A DNA stretch of 64,000 nucleotides. Origin: a virus. Lineage: Duplodnaviria; Caudoviricetes. The DNA lies in IMG/VR virus record IMGVR_UViG_3300029928_000002, positions 64,001-128,000 of that record. One strand, given 5' to 3'. This document shows, in pieces, positions 54,114 to 63,309 of this stretch. The notes below the pieces were generated by a model. The model saw nothing but the letters and a program-made list of their open reading frames with translations. It was not told where the DNA came from and made no database searches. The position numbers and the translations under genes are program-made. Numbering within the stretch: the first letter of the stretch is position 1; every line of letters begins with the position of its first letter.

Positions 54114-55462
54114 TTATTAAATATATTTACATCACTACGAGTTCTACTAAAAGCTACATATTCAAGCTGTCTGCGTACTGCAGATTCACAACATTTCTTA
54201 AGATTACTTAGATCTATATATACTTTATTATATGACGAACCTTGTGCTCTATGAATTGTACAACTATATCCTAAATCAAATGTCTTTTTAAAGACTACTC
54301 TATCCTCATATATTAAATTATCATAAGAACAGAAAGATTTAGTTAATGCCATATAAGATTGCCACTTATTAGTCTTCAAAGCTCTTAATCTAAGATCTTC
54401 TATTTTTTCAGGTAAGTCTGGATATTTACTTACATCTGTTAATAGAAATATTAGTCCATAAGATTTATTGTAATTATCGTACAATGTTAGCCAATATCCA
54501 TCAACATCACCATAACAAGGTAATCTCTTATATCCTGCACAGACATTGGTAATAAAATAATCCATTCCATTGTAATAGTCGAAATAACTTATAGTTTCTT
54601 CACCATTACTAGTTAATTGTACCCCACTTCTACCATTAGCATAAGCAGTTAATATATCACCTACATGGAATAAATCTTTATCTTTCCATATAAATCTCTG
54701 AATAGCCTTATTATAATTTCTTACAGCTTTATTAGTATAGACTAACATTTTAGTGTATAAAATATCTTTATTAGAAATAGCTTGCTTATAATCAGCTGCA
54801 CACTTTCTAACAAATTCTTTTATATCTGTATATACATTTAAATCTCCATCAGAAGAATGTAAAGGTTTAAAATTACGAATTTCTTCAGTTCGTAATTTAG
54901 TTAATATTGGTAATATACAATTCTCATCTGACTGCCTATATATTTTAGTCAGAGTATAAGTTTTATCACAATTAGTATATACTTTAGAGAATCTGACTGT
55001 ATCTACTGGAAATAATTGAGCTTTATCACTTACAAATATTATCTTACATTTATAATCTTTACACTTCTCTATTAGTAAATCAAATAAATCATCATTAATC
55101 ATAGAGGCTTCATCACATATTACTACTCCTTTATAAGGAATCTGAAGATTATCTTTAGTAGATAAAAACTTTAAATCTAATAGATTAAATTTCTCTATAT
55201 AAAGATTTGGAGTTAATGCTAATAAACTATGAATTGTAATAGCAGACCTACCACAATAATTCATCATTACTATAGAAGCCTTATGTGTAGGAGCACATAA
55301 TACTATAGACATATTTAACTCATCTATTTTAGGTAATAGTTGAGATATGGTATAACTTTTACCTGTTCCAGCAGCCCCTACTAAACTAAAACATACGTCT
55401 GAGGACTTTAGAAATTCTAGAATTAAATCTATTGCTTTCTGTTGATCAGTTCCTAACTGCAT
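54110..55462 (-). CDS. SF1B Dda/RecD-like DNA helicase
   Basis: GAAGTGKS, APTHKA, CDEASM, D.AQL, IYRQ, TIHRAQGSSY, YVAFSR. Confidence 0.9.
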   Translation of the reverse strand: MQLGTDQQKAIDLILEFLKSSDVCFSLVGAAGTGKSYTISQLLPKIDELNMSIVLCAPTHKASIVMMNYCGRSAITIHSLLALTPNLYIEKFNLLDLKFLSTKDNLQIPYKGVVICDEASMINDDLFDLLIEKCKDYKCKIIFVSDKAQLFPVDTVRFSKVYTNCDKTYTLTKIYRQSDENCILPILTKLRTEEIRNFKPLHSSDGDLNVYTDIKEFVRKCAADYKQAISNKDILYTKMLVYTNKAVRNYNKAIQRFIWKDKDLFHVGDILTAYANGRSGVQLTSNGEETISYFDYYNGMDYFITNVCAGYKRLPCYGDVDGYWLTLYDNYNKSYGLIFLLTDVSKYPDLPEKIEDLRLRALKTNKWQSYMALTKSFCSYDNLIYEDRVVFKKTFDLGYSCTIHRAQGSSYNKVYIDLSNLKKCCESAVRRQLEYVAFSRTRSDVNIFNK

Positions 55463-55465
55463 AAA

Positions 55466-56230
55466 TCATAATTCTTTGTTAAATCTGGCTTTTTCATTTC
55501 TTATTAACTTGTTATTGAATTTTTTATCTTTTAAATATTCCAACCATAAATCCTTAAATTTTTTATCTATAGAAACAAATTTAGATAAAAAATAAGATTC
55601 AATGTTCTCTCTATCTACAATTGTTAGTTTATCTAAATATTGACGTGTAATTTCATCATCATAGGAATTATCTTGGAAGATAATTTTATTTACTAAATAT
55701 GCTAAATATACTACTAATTCAAATCTAGGAAATTCCTTAGTAGATACTAATTTACCATTAATAGTAATATTATATCTGTATCTGTAAGGATAGATACATG
55801 TACGATAAATTCCTTTATATCCAAAAGAAGTAATAGGTATTCTTTTAAACTTCTTAAGTTTTACTATTAATAGATTATCTCTAGTATAATTAAAAAGGTC
55901 ATTATCTTTAAATGTTACTTTCTGAATATTGTCTGTTTTCATTAGTATATTTAAAAGATAATGACCTTCTGAATCAATTAGATAAGGTTTAGTATTTACA
56001 TATTTAATAAACCATTTGTGAGTTTGAATTGTATCTAAATCTTTAATATCGAAGATGAATATTTTATCATCAATATATAATTTATTATCAACAATTACGT
56101 TATCTGCCTTTAGATGTTTCCTACTTAGAGATTCATGGTGATATTTACACAAGTCCATATTATATTTAATACTATGGACTATTCTAGTTTCTTTTTCAGT
56201 TTTACCACAAATTCTACATACTCGAAACAT
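55466..56230 (-). CDS. Degenerate HNH-AP2-like protein with N-terminal Zn-finger
   Basis: CRICG..LCKYH; FIFD..D....HKW; VTFKDND..NYTRDNL (HNH-like, His absent); SFGYKGI..Y...ITINGK (AP2-like). Confidence 0.55.
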   Translation of the reverse strand: MFRVCRICGKTEKETRIVHSIKYNMDLCKYHHESLSRKHLKADNVIVDNKLYIDDKIFIFDIKDLDTIQTHKWFIKYVNTKPYLIDSEGHYLLNILMKTDNIQKVTFKDNDLFNYTRDNLLIVKLKKFKRIPITSFGYKGIYRTCIYPYRYRYNITINGKLVSTKEFPRFELVVYLAYLVNKIIFQDNSYDDEITRQYLDKLTIVDRENIESYFLSKFVSIDKKFKDLWLEYLKDKKFNNKLIRNEKARFNKEL

Positions 56231-56694
56231 TATTTATTTACATAGATTATATGCTGATTGGTTGAACCCTTAAATGGATTGTTAGAAGTAGTGTCTAATT
56301 TATCTATTTCAAATGGCCCATCTACTAATACATCTACATTATTATCTACAAATTCTTTTAATGGTTTTGGTAATTCTTTATAATAATATCCAGTATAGCA
56401 CCAGACATCTTTATTAAGATTATGTACTTCTTTACATAAGTCTGCTAATTCTTTAGTATTAGTAAATTGTAAAGGTTCCCCACCACTTAAAGTTAGTCCT
56501 TTTATGTAGGGTAATTTACAAATATCTAATACTTTCTTTTTAGTTTCAGAATTATAGATATGTCCAAAGTAATAATCCCAAGATTCAGGATTGTGGCATC
56601 CCTTACATTTGTGGGAACATCCACTTAACCATAGAGTAACTCTACATCCAATACCATTATTAAGATCTGGATAACTAATATTTATATAGTTCAT
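56230..56694 (-). CDS. nrdG: Anaerobic ribonucleotide reductase activase (radical SAM)
   Basis: NGIGCRVTLWLSGCSHKCKGCHN, LSGGEP, DVLVDGPF, GSTNQ; adjacent to nrdD. Confidence 0.95.
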   Translation of the reverse strand: MNYINISYPDLNNGIGCRVTLWLSGCSHKCKGCHNPESWDYYFGHIYNSETKKKVLDICKLPYIKGLTLSGGEPLQFTNTKELADLCKEVHNLNKDVWCYTGYYYKELPKPLKEFVDNNVDVLVDGPFEIDKLDTTSNNPFKGSTNQHIIYVNK

Positions 56695-59003
56695 TCTATT
56701 ATTTTTATATGTTTTACCCTATGCTCTACCTCATCTTGCTTGCCTTTATTGAAGGCTGTGGTATAGTTGCCAGTAAGATAGCCAGTTACCCTACGCAATC
56801 TATTGATATTAGTGCTTCCACAGTTAGGACACTTATCAGAAATCTCTCCCTGATACCCACAATCCTTACATCTATCGGCAGGAATATTAATTGCAAAATA
56901 AGGTATGTCTTTATCCATAGCATAATCAACTATAGTTTCCAATCCATCTATGTTATTGATTACACTACTATCAAGTTCTACATAAGTAATACATCCAGCA
57001 TTACTATATCCAGTCAATTGAGATTCAATATCTATCTTTTCAAAAGGAGTAATCTTCTTCCATACAGGTACATGCATACTGTTAGTAAAGAACTCTTTAT
57101 CACTTACATTAGGAATAACTCCATACTTCTTTCTGAACTTCTTTAAGGCTGTATATGATAAATTTTCTGCGGGAGTTAAATATACGCCGAAATTCAGCTT
57201 ATATTTCTCTTTAAATTCCTTACATCTTTGACTATAAAGAGATTCTATACGTTTAGCTAACTGCATTCCTTCATCAGTAGTTTGGTCTGTACCAATTAAA
57301 AGTTGTAAGCATTCAGCTAAACCTAGTTGTCCTACAGCTAGGGTATTATGCTTCATAGCACTAATAATACCTTCTTTAGGATTATAACCTTCCATTAATC
57401 CATTTTCCCACATGAATTTAGCAGAATCTGGAGATTGAGAACATATATAATTAAATCTCTCAATCAACATATCTTTAGCTTCATGTATCTTTTCATCAAG
57501 GAGCTTCATAAAAGACTCTACATCCCTATCAGCTTCCATTGCAATAGTTGGAAGTATTATAGTTACAGGACAGATATTACCTCTACCATCTTTAAGCTGC
57601 CCAAATCCATTAATATCGCAGCTAGTGGCCGTACGGCAACCCATTGTACTAAAATAAGTTCTAGGATCACTTATATCGTATCCAGCATTACCACTCCAAT
57701 CTACATTTGCATAATTAGGGTAAAGTCTTCTTGCTGTAGATTTTAGAGCAAGTCTGAATAAATCATAGTTAGGAGTTCCAGGCTTATCATTAACTCCTTT
57801 CATATATTGAAATATTCCACATGGAAATATAGGAGTGGCATATGTTCTACCAAATTCTTTGTCAGAATTAGGAGAGAGCTTATCTCCCACACCTTTGATA
57901 GAACCTAGCAAAAGAGCTTTGATTACCATACGTCCTTCCGGTAGAGTACAAGTACCGTAGTTGATTGAAGTGAATGGCAATTGATTTCCTGACCTACTTT
58001 GAAGTGTATTTAGATTATGGTAAAGACCTTCTACAGCCTGATTAAGTTCTTCCAAAGTCTCTAATCTAGCCTCCTTATACCATATTTTATTTATATCTTC
58101 AATTCTTTTGTCGTCAATATGGAATTTAACTACTTTTACTTTAAAACTTCCTAAGGTATAGTATTCATCTTCAATATGATATTTCTGTTTAAACTCTTTC
58201 TTTTTCTTGTCTTTATACTCTTTAAACTCTTTAGCAGTAAGTTTTTCTGCATCAATATTTTCCTCTTCTAGGCATTTAAATATATACTTAGTTATAAAAT
58301 GTTTAAAGAAAGATTTACGGACATATGGAACCATTGTCCAATCCAAATGATTAGCAGCAACTCCTCCAAATTGCTGCAAACTTTGTAGTTGAAATATTAC
58401 TGCCAACAATTGGAAGGCAGTATTTATACTACCGGCAGGTCTAATATCAGCTTGTCTTGTAGTAAATCCTTTAGCTAATAGTTTATCTATTGGAGCAGTT
58501 AGGCAGTTGTGCTGTCCTACAGCGTAAGAATCCAAATCATGAATATAAATTTCATTATTCTCATGATTCTTACGTGCCATTTTAGACATACAGTTATCTA
58601 GAGCAAATTGTTTAGCTACAAAAGATTCTGCTTCACCTTTTCTACCACCAAATGATTTCTCATCAACATTGGCATTCTGATTTACAACATTAGTTGCAAG
58701 GAGCTTCTCTTTAAGTTTATTATTATAATCTTGATTAGCTTTACGTACAGCTGCTCTTTCATTTCTATATGTAACATAGCTATCTGCTACATCATTATAA
58801 TTTAATAGACGTAAAGCATTAATAACATTATCTTGTATTTCTTCTACAGTAATACCATCTCTTAAAGGAACTTCATCTACAATATCATCTAATTCATCAT
58901 AGCTTAAAGGAACATTAACAGATTCAAAGGCTTTAGTAATTGCATTTTGAATCTTGTTAATGTTACATTCTTCCTTAACTCCGTTTCTTTTAATTATATA
59001 CAT
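56691..59003 (-). CDS. nrdD: Class III (anaerobic) ribonucleoside-triphosphate reductase
   Basis: ATP-cone IIKRNG, YIHDLD, HNC, MGCRT, TPAE, CxxC..CxxC, RRVTGYL glycyl-radical loop. Confidence 0.97.
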   Translation of the reverse strand: MYIIKRNGVKEECNINKIQNAITKAFESVNVPLSYDELDDIVDEVPLRDGITVEEIQDNVINALRLLNYNDVADSYVTYRNERAAVRKANQDYNNKLKEKLLATNVVNQNANVDEKSFGGRKGEAESFVAKQFALDNCMSKMARKNHENNEIYIHDLDSYAVGQHNCLTAPIDKLLAKGFTTRQADIRPAGSINTAFQLLAVIFQLQSLQQFGGVAANHLDWTMVPYVRKSFFKHFITKYIFKCLEEENIDAEKLTAKEFKEYKDKKKKEFKQKYHIEDEYYTLGSFKVKVVKFHIDDKRIEDINKIWYKEARLETLEELNQAVEGLYHNLNTLQSRSGNQLPFTSINYGTCTLPEGRMVIKALLLGSIKGVGDKLSPNSDKEFGRTYATPIFPCGIFQYMKGVNDKPGTPNYDLFRLALKSTARRLYPNYANVDWSGNAGYDISDPRTYFSTMGCRTATSCDINGFGQLKDGRGNICPVTIILPTIAMEADRDVESFMKLLDEKIHEAKDMLIERFNYICSQSPDSAKFMWENGLMEGYNPKEGIISAMKHNTLAVGQLGLAECLQLLIGTDQTTDEGMQLAKRIESLYSQRCKEFKEKYKLNFGVYLTPAENLSYTALKKFRKKYGVIPNVSDKEFFTNSMHVPVWKKITPFEKIDIESQLTGYSNAGCITYVELDSSVINNIDGLETIVDYAMDKDIPYFAINIPADRCKDCGYQGEISDKCPNCGSTNINRLRRVTGYLTGNYTTAFNKGKQDEVEHRVKHIKIIE

Positions 59004-59020
59004 ATAAATAACATTAAAAA

Positions 59021-59075
59021 ATTAACAGTATTATCTAATATACCAGAATTTAGTATACTAAACAATACTGTTAAT
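59021..59075. promoter_or_regulatory. 12-bp inverted repeat upstream of nrdD
   Basis: ATTAACAGTATT (59021-32) / AATACTGTTAAT (59064-75); overlaps a TAGATAAT motif on the - strand. Confidence 0.5.
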
Positions 59076-59096
59076 ATAGAAATATAATAAGATTTT

Positions 59097-59885
59097 TTAA
59101 TTTATTTCGAGTATATCTTTAAGAAGTAAACATTTATCTGCTTTATTCATAATATCTTTATCCTTATGAGTAAGAATATCAGTAAAAGCATTATAAATAT
59201 GAAACATATCAGTATTCAATCCAGAAGTAGTATCTATATAATATGAAGATTTCTTAGATTTAAACAGTAATTTATATGCAGATAATATAGTTGAAGCTGC
59301 AATACTTGCTTTGGAAAATCCATTATTAAAGCATTCTTCTATACTGTTATCAATCCACTTTCCTAAAGAACGTTGTATGTTCTCTTCACTACATTCAAAA
59401 GGAGTGTTATGTAAGTTGTCTAAGAATATTTTAATTTCAGAAGTAGTCTCTATAATATAATCTAGATTTCCAAAATTAATTGCTTTAGACGGCTCCAAAG
59501 GTTGTACACTCAAGCATTTAGGATCAAATACGCATAGATTTGTACAAGCTCTATTTTCTCCTCCCACATAGAATTTACAAATAGGAACTCTGGTATCAAT
59601 ACCATAAACCATTCCAATTACTTTGCTGTGATTATCAACAACATATTGATCCGGAAGTATAGCTTCAATCCATACTCTGTTATAAGTTATATCTTCAATG
59701 TTGTTTAAATCTTCTTTAGAAGTAATTGTAATCTGTTTTGGAAGTTCTGCATGACATTTAATAGTTGCATTGTACTTACTCATTCTTTCCAAGAAAGGTT
59801 CTACATAGGCTTCGGTTGGAAAGAATTTATCTTCCTTAATCTTAGTTGCTTTACCTTTAAGCAGCTGTTCTGTAGATATATCCAT
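59097..59885 (-). CDS. Conserved phage protein, possibly DUF932-like
   Basis: 262 aa; G..NRACTNL segment recalls DUF932-type proteins. The assignment is tentative. Confidence 0.55.
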   Translation of the reverse strand: MDISTEQLLKGKATKIKEDKFFPTEAYVEPFLERMSKYNATIKCHAELPKQITITSKEDLNNIEDITYNRVWIEAILPDQYVVDNHSKVIGMVYGIDTRVPICKFYVGGENRACTNLCVFDPKCLSVQPLEPSKAINFGNLDYIIETTSEIKIFLDNLHNTPFECSEENIQRSLGKWIDNSIEECFNNGFSKASIAASTILSAYKLLFKSKKSSYYIDTTSGLNTDMFHIYNAFTDILTHKDKDIMNKADKCLLLKDILEIN

Positions 59886-60481
59886 TATTTATCAATTTCC
59901 TCTTCAACATAATCATCTCCATAGTAAATTGATTCCACATCAATTTCTTTAATTGTAATATCTTTACCTTTAGATTTCCAATATTCTATAACAGCTTCTT
60001 TATTAGATGTTGGAGAACATCCCAAAGAAATATAAAAATCTGCAGTAGTTAAATCATGACTTCCCCAATTATAATAGAAATCTTTATAATCTTCGATAAC
60101 CTTTATAACTTTATCAGTAGGTTCTTCTCCGATTATTTTATATAGAGGATCTACTGGCCCATAATCTTTATGAGCAGGTTTTTCATCAGTAGCAGGAACA
60201 TATATATGTTTTATACCTCCATTCTTAAAACAGTCTAAAAGGAGATTTACAGATTCTTCCCAAAAATTAAATAATCCATAACACTGTAAATAATGATTCT
60301 TTATAAATTTGAAATTCTTTTCAGATAAATAATGCTGCATATAAAGAGGATTGTCTTTATCTTCCTTATATTTAGGATCTTTTAATACCTTTTTAAAATC
60401 CAAAGATGGTTGAGCATACTTATACATTTCAGTAAGACATCTTTCTACACATTCGGATAAAATATCTTTTCTAGTCAACAT
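59885..60481 (-). CDS. Hypothetical protein
   Basis: 198-aa ORF, TAATG overlap. Confidence 0.75.
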   Translation of the reverse strand: MLTRKDILSECVERCLTEMYKYAQPSLDFKKVLKDPKYKEDKDNPLYMQHYLSEKNFKFIKNHYLQCYGLFNFWEESVNLLLDCFKNGGIKHIYVPATDEKPAHKDYGPVDPLYKIIGEEPTDKVIKVIEDYKDFYYNWGSHDLTTADFYISLGCSPTSNKEAVIEYWKSKGKDITIKEIDVESIYYGDDYVEEEIDK

Positions 60482-60487
60482 AATATA

Positions 60488-61999
60488 TTAAAGTTTAAAT
60501 TCTCCATTTAAAATATTATCACCAGAGATTATACTATAACTACAACCTCTAGGATTAGAATTAAAGTTCATTTGACTATAATCACTATCACCAAACAAAC
60601 TCAAACAATTCCTATAATCAAATTTAAGATTGCTGTCATAAGCTGCACTATGCAAATCTCCCTTAAGAATATGGATATTACCGGGTGCATATTTAGCAGT
60701 AATCCCACTTCTATCCATATAATTATTTAGCCATACTATAGAATTGGGATTAAGATGTAAAGGAAGTGGTTTCTTCATAAATGTGCTGTCTTTGCCATGA
60801 CATAGGACAAAACAGTGACCATTTACATCAAACCAATCAATAAATTTATCAAATACAAACATCTGAACATTTGGAATATTGCTAACAGCATTCTGTAAAG
60901 CTACTACTGCATAATATTCTGGTGCTCCAGTATGATTTCCATTAGGAACAGAATGAATCTTCAACTCATTACATCTAGTACTAAGCTGATTTATAAACCA
61001 ACTCATCTGCCTAAAGAATACATCAAACTGAGCATAATTATCCATACATTGAGGCATAATATGATCTCTTCTAGCAGTCTGATTATCCATTCCATCTAAC
61101 ATATCTCCAAGCATATTCAAATAGATTTTATCTAAAGAAAAGTTAGATACTCTTTTAATAATTTCAGCTAGACGATTATGGATAGCTTCTTCTGTCCAAT
61201 CATTTTCATATAAAGAATGGCTCTCTACCTTAGCTCCAATATGAACATCTGAAAGATTTAAAATCATATCTATATCAGATTCTATAGGAGTATTAGGTAT
61301 ATCTTCCAGACCAGTAATATTGATATTTACTTTAGAAATATAATTAATAAAGTTTTCATACTTCTTATTCTCTTCTACTAAAAGAAGATTAATTTTCTGA
61401 GCATCTTTTAATTGATTCTTCTCTAAAGTACGAGTAAGATTATTTCTCTTACGTTCGATAGCTATATTATGTAGCTCTTCTTCACTATGCTCATCAATAT
61501 CATGTGGAGCAAATGGACAAGTATACTTATAAATTAAGAAAGCATTCTTAATTCTATTCAACTCATCCAAAGAATATTCTGGGAAATCTAAAGAAGTCTG
61601 AGCAGTAGTTAAATCAGCACCATATCTGGAATAAAGACTACACAGTCTATCCATCTGTTCTCTAGATAAAGTGCCGATAAGAGGACCACCTACTTTACGT
61701 TTAATATTGAATTTATATCCTATAATAAGGCCATTCTCATCTCTTACCCATTCAGTATCCTGTGCGACATCATCGAAATCTACATCTGTATCGGAATTTG
61801 TACTACCCTTTCTTTTCTTTACAGATTCATAAAGAACTCTAACTATATTATTGTCTTTAACAACTTTATTGATGGATTGACGCCAAGAGGCAATATCAAT
61901 ATCGTTTTCCTTACAATAATCTATAAGAGTAGGAGTATCAGAAGTTTTTACATCAGTCAAGAATTTAATTACCTTATTAATAGTTGCTTGTCTTACCAT
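60488..61999 (-). CDS. Metallophosphoesterase/nuclease-domain protein with long N-terminal region
   Basis: LSDVHIG, LGDMLDG, GNH, CHG, GDLH in the C-terminal half. Confidence 0.8.
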   Translation of the reverse strand: MVRQATINKVIKFLTDVKTSDTPTLIDYCKENDIDIASWRQSINKVVKDNNIVRVLYESVKKRKGSTNSDTDVDFDDVAQDTEWVRDENGLIIGYKFNIKRKVGGPLIGTLSREQMDRLCSLYSRYGADLTTAQTSLDFPEYSLDELNRIKNAFLIYKYTCPFAPHDIDEHSEEELHNIAIERKRNNLTRTLEKNQLKDAQKINLLLVEENKKYENFINYISKVNINITGLEDIPNTPIESDIDMILNLSDVHIGAKVESHSLYENDWTEEAIHNRLAEIIKRVSNFSLDKIYLNMLGDMLDGMDNQTARRDHIMPQCMDNYAQFDVFFRQMSWFINQLSTRCNELKIHSVPNGNHTGAPEYYAVVALQNAVSNIPNVQMFVFDKFIDWFDVNGHCFVLCHGKDSTFMKKPLPLHLNPNSIVWLNNYMDRSGITAKYAPGNIHILKGDLHSAAYDSNLKFDYRNCLSLFGDSDYSQMNFNSNPRGCSYSIISGDNILNGEFKL

Positions 62000-62100
62000 T
62001 TATTTATTGATTTTAATTTTTTATAGTGGTTATATCTATCTCTAGTTTTATTCCACATATTTTATATTATTACATGATCTATTTATTTTAAAATTATCTA

Positions 62101-62141
62101 AAATAAAAATAGGGCAAGTAGTCTTAACTACCTGCCCTATT
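62101..62141 (-). terminator. Rho-independent terminator
   Basis: On the - strand: AATAGGGCAGGTAGT-taag-ACTACTTGCCCTATT followed by TTTATTT. Confidence 0.85.
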
Positions 62142-62151
62142 CTGTTATTTA

Positions 62152-62805
62152 TTAAAGAGTTTCTGCATCTACTTGACCAAAGATAATATACTTACCTGTA
62201 GAAGCCTTCTTAGAAGGAGTATAAGTAAGCTCACCAAGAACTGGGTTAGTAATATAACCTGCAAGTCTCAATACAAGAGTATCCTTAACCTCGCCCTTAC
62301 TCAAAATCTCCTTACCACGCTTAATTGCTTCAGCCTTAGTAATATGAACATCACTGTGCCAGATAACCTCACCAGTCCTCTTGTTCACAATCTCTACAAC
62401 TGTAGTAGTCTTACGCTTACCTGCGTTCTTTACATTAACATACTCATAAGGACGCTTACGAGTAGACTCTACACCCGGATTAACAACAATCAGACAGCCA
62501 AGATTAGGAATATCCTTAGCCTTATCGTGAGCATAGGCCATCTGCCATTCCTGCAGCTCTGAAGGTGTTACCTGAGCTTCATCAATCAACATCTTCCTAT
62601 AATCAGAAGGAGTAGCCTTCTCAGCAGCATGCTGCTCCAACCATGCCTTACGATATTTTGTATCGAATCCCATCTTCTTCTCCAAGAACGTTGTATAAGC
62701 TGCTGTAGCATCAATAATCACACTATCAAATGGAGAATTCTTAATTGCCTCATCCTTAGAAGTACCAGAAACTACAACACTCTTAAAAATACTATTAGTA
62801 ACCAT
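62152..62805 (-). CDS. Hypothetical protein, probably highly expressed and monocistronic
   Basis: 217 aa; AAG/CAG/GAG-rich codon usage unlike neighbours; own upstream spacer and downstream terminator. Confidence 0.8.
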   Translation of the reverse strand: MVTNSIFKSVVVSGTSKDEAIKNSPFDSVIIDATAAYTTFLEKKMGFDTKYRKAWLEQHAAEKATPSDYRKMLIDEAQVTPSELQEWQMAYAHDKAKDIPNLGCLIVVNPGVESTRKRPYEYVNVKNAGKRKTTTVVEIVNKRTGEVIWHSDVHITKAEAIKRGKEILSKGEVKDTLVLRLAGYITNPVLGELTYTPSKKASTGKYIIFGQVDAETL

Positions 62806-62839
62806 AATTTTAAAACTTATTTACATTAAACATTAAAAT

Positions 62840-62938
62840 ATTATCTATCAAATCATAATAAATTATTATCTATTCACTAATTGCGTTTGAATTAGTAAAT
62901 CCAATATATACGGAAATATTATCTATCCAACAAAAATA
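62840..62938 (-). promoter_or_regulatory. Candidate promoter region (3x TAGATAAT, TATATTGGATTTA, TATTTTTG)
   Basis: ATTATCTA on + at 62840, 62865 and 62918; TAAATCCAATATA at 62896-62908; CAAAAATA at 62931-38 (TAnnTTTG on -). Confidence 0.45.
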
Positions 62939-62958
62939 TTTGTTAAAATCTGTTAATT

Positions 62959-63309
62959 TTAAAAGGGAAGCATTTTATGTATAATTTCCCTAATTTTTGC
63001 CGGAACCTCTTTTATAGTTAACCCAAAGGTTACAAAATCATCACATCCATAAGCAAAGTCTTCAGCTACAATAGCTATACTTTTAATCTCTTTGTCTGAC
63101 AGTCCTTTACTTTGGGCTAACTTATATACAACCTGATAATAAGTTACATCAGGTTTCTTTTTACGTAAAGTTGTTACCAACCAACCTATTAAATCTATTA
63201 AGGCTAATTTATCTTGCATACTAGATAAATAACCAGTAGAAAACCAGTCTTTATAAGTACTGGCCATTTGTTCATAGGTAGGTTCAGAAGCTCTCTCGAA
63301 ATCCCTCAT
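62959..63309 (-). CDS. Hypothetical protein
   Basis: 116-aa ORF overlapping the upstream gene. Confidence 0.7.
   Translation of the reverse strand: MRDFERASEPTYEQMASTYKDWFSTGYLSSMQDKLALIDLIGWLVTTLRKKKPDVTYYQVVYKLAQSKGLSDKEIKSIAIVAEDFAYGCDDFVTFGLTIKEVPAKIREIIHKMLPF

Noticed and set aside
45504-59003. Inteins or introns in polA, ligase, helicase or nrdD
   Set aside because: The ORFs are continuous and of near-normal length. Insertions lack intein termini (C/S...HN) and endonuclease motifs.
36875-62829. + strand ORFs in the track within the - block (e.g. 36875, 39065, 52722, 56709, 62173)
   Set aside because: They are antisense to well-supported genes and have no independent coding signal.
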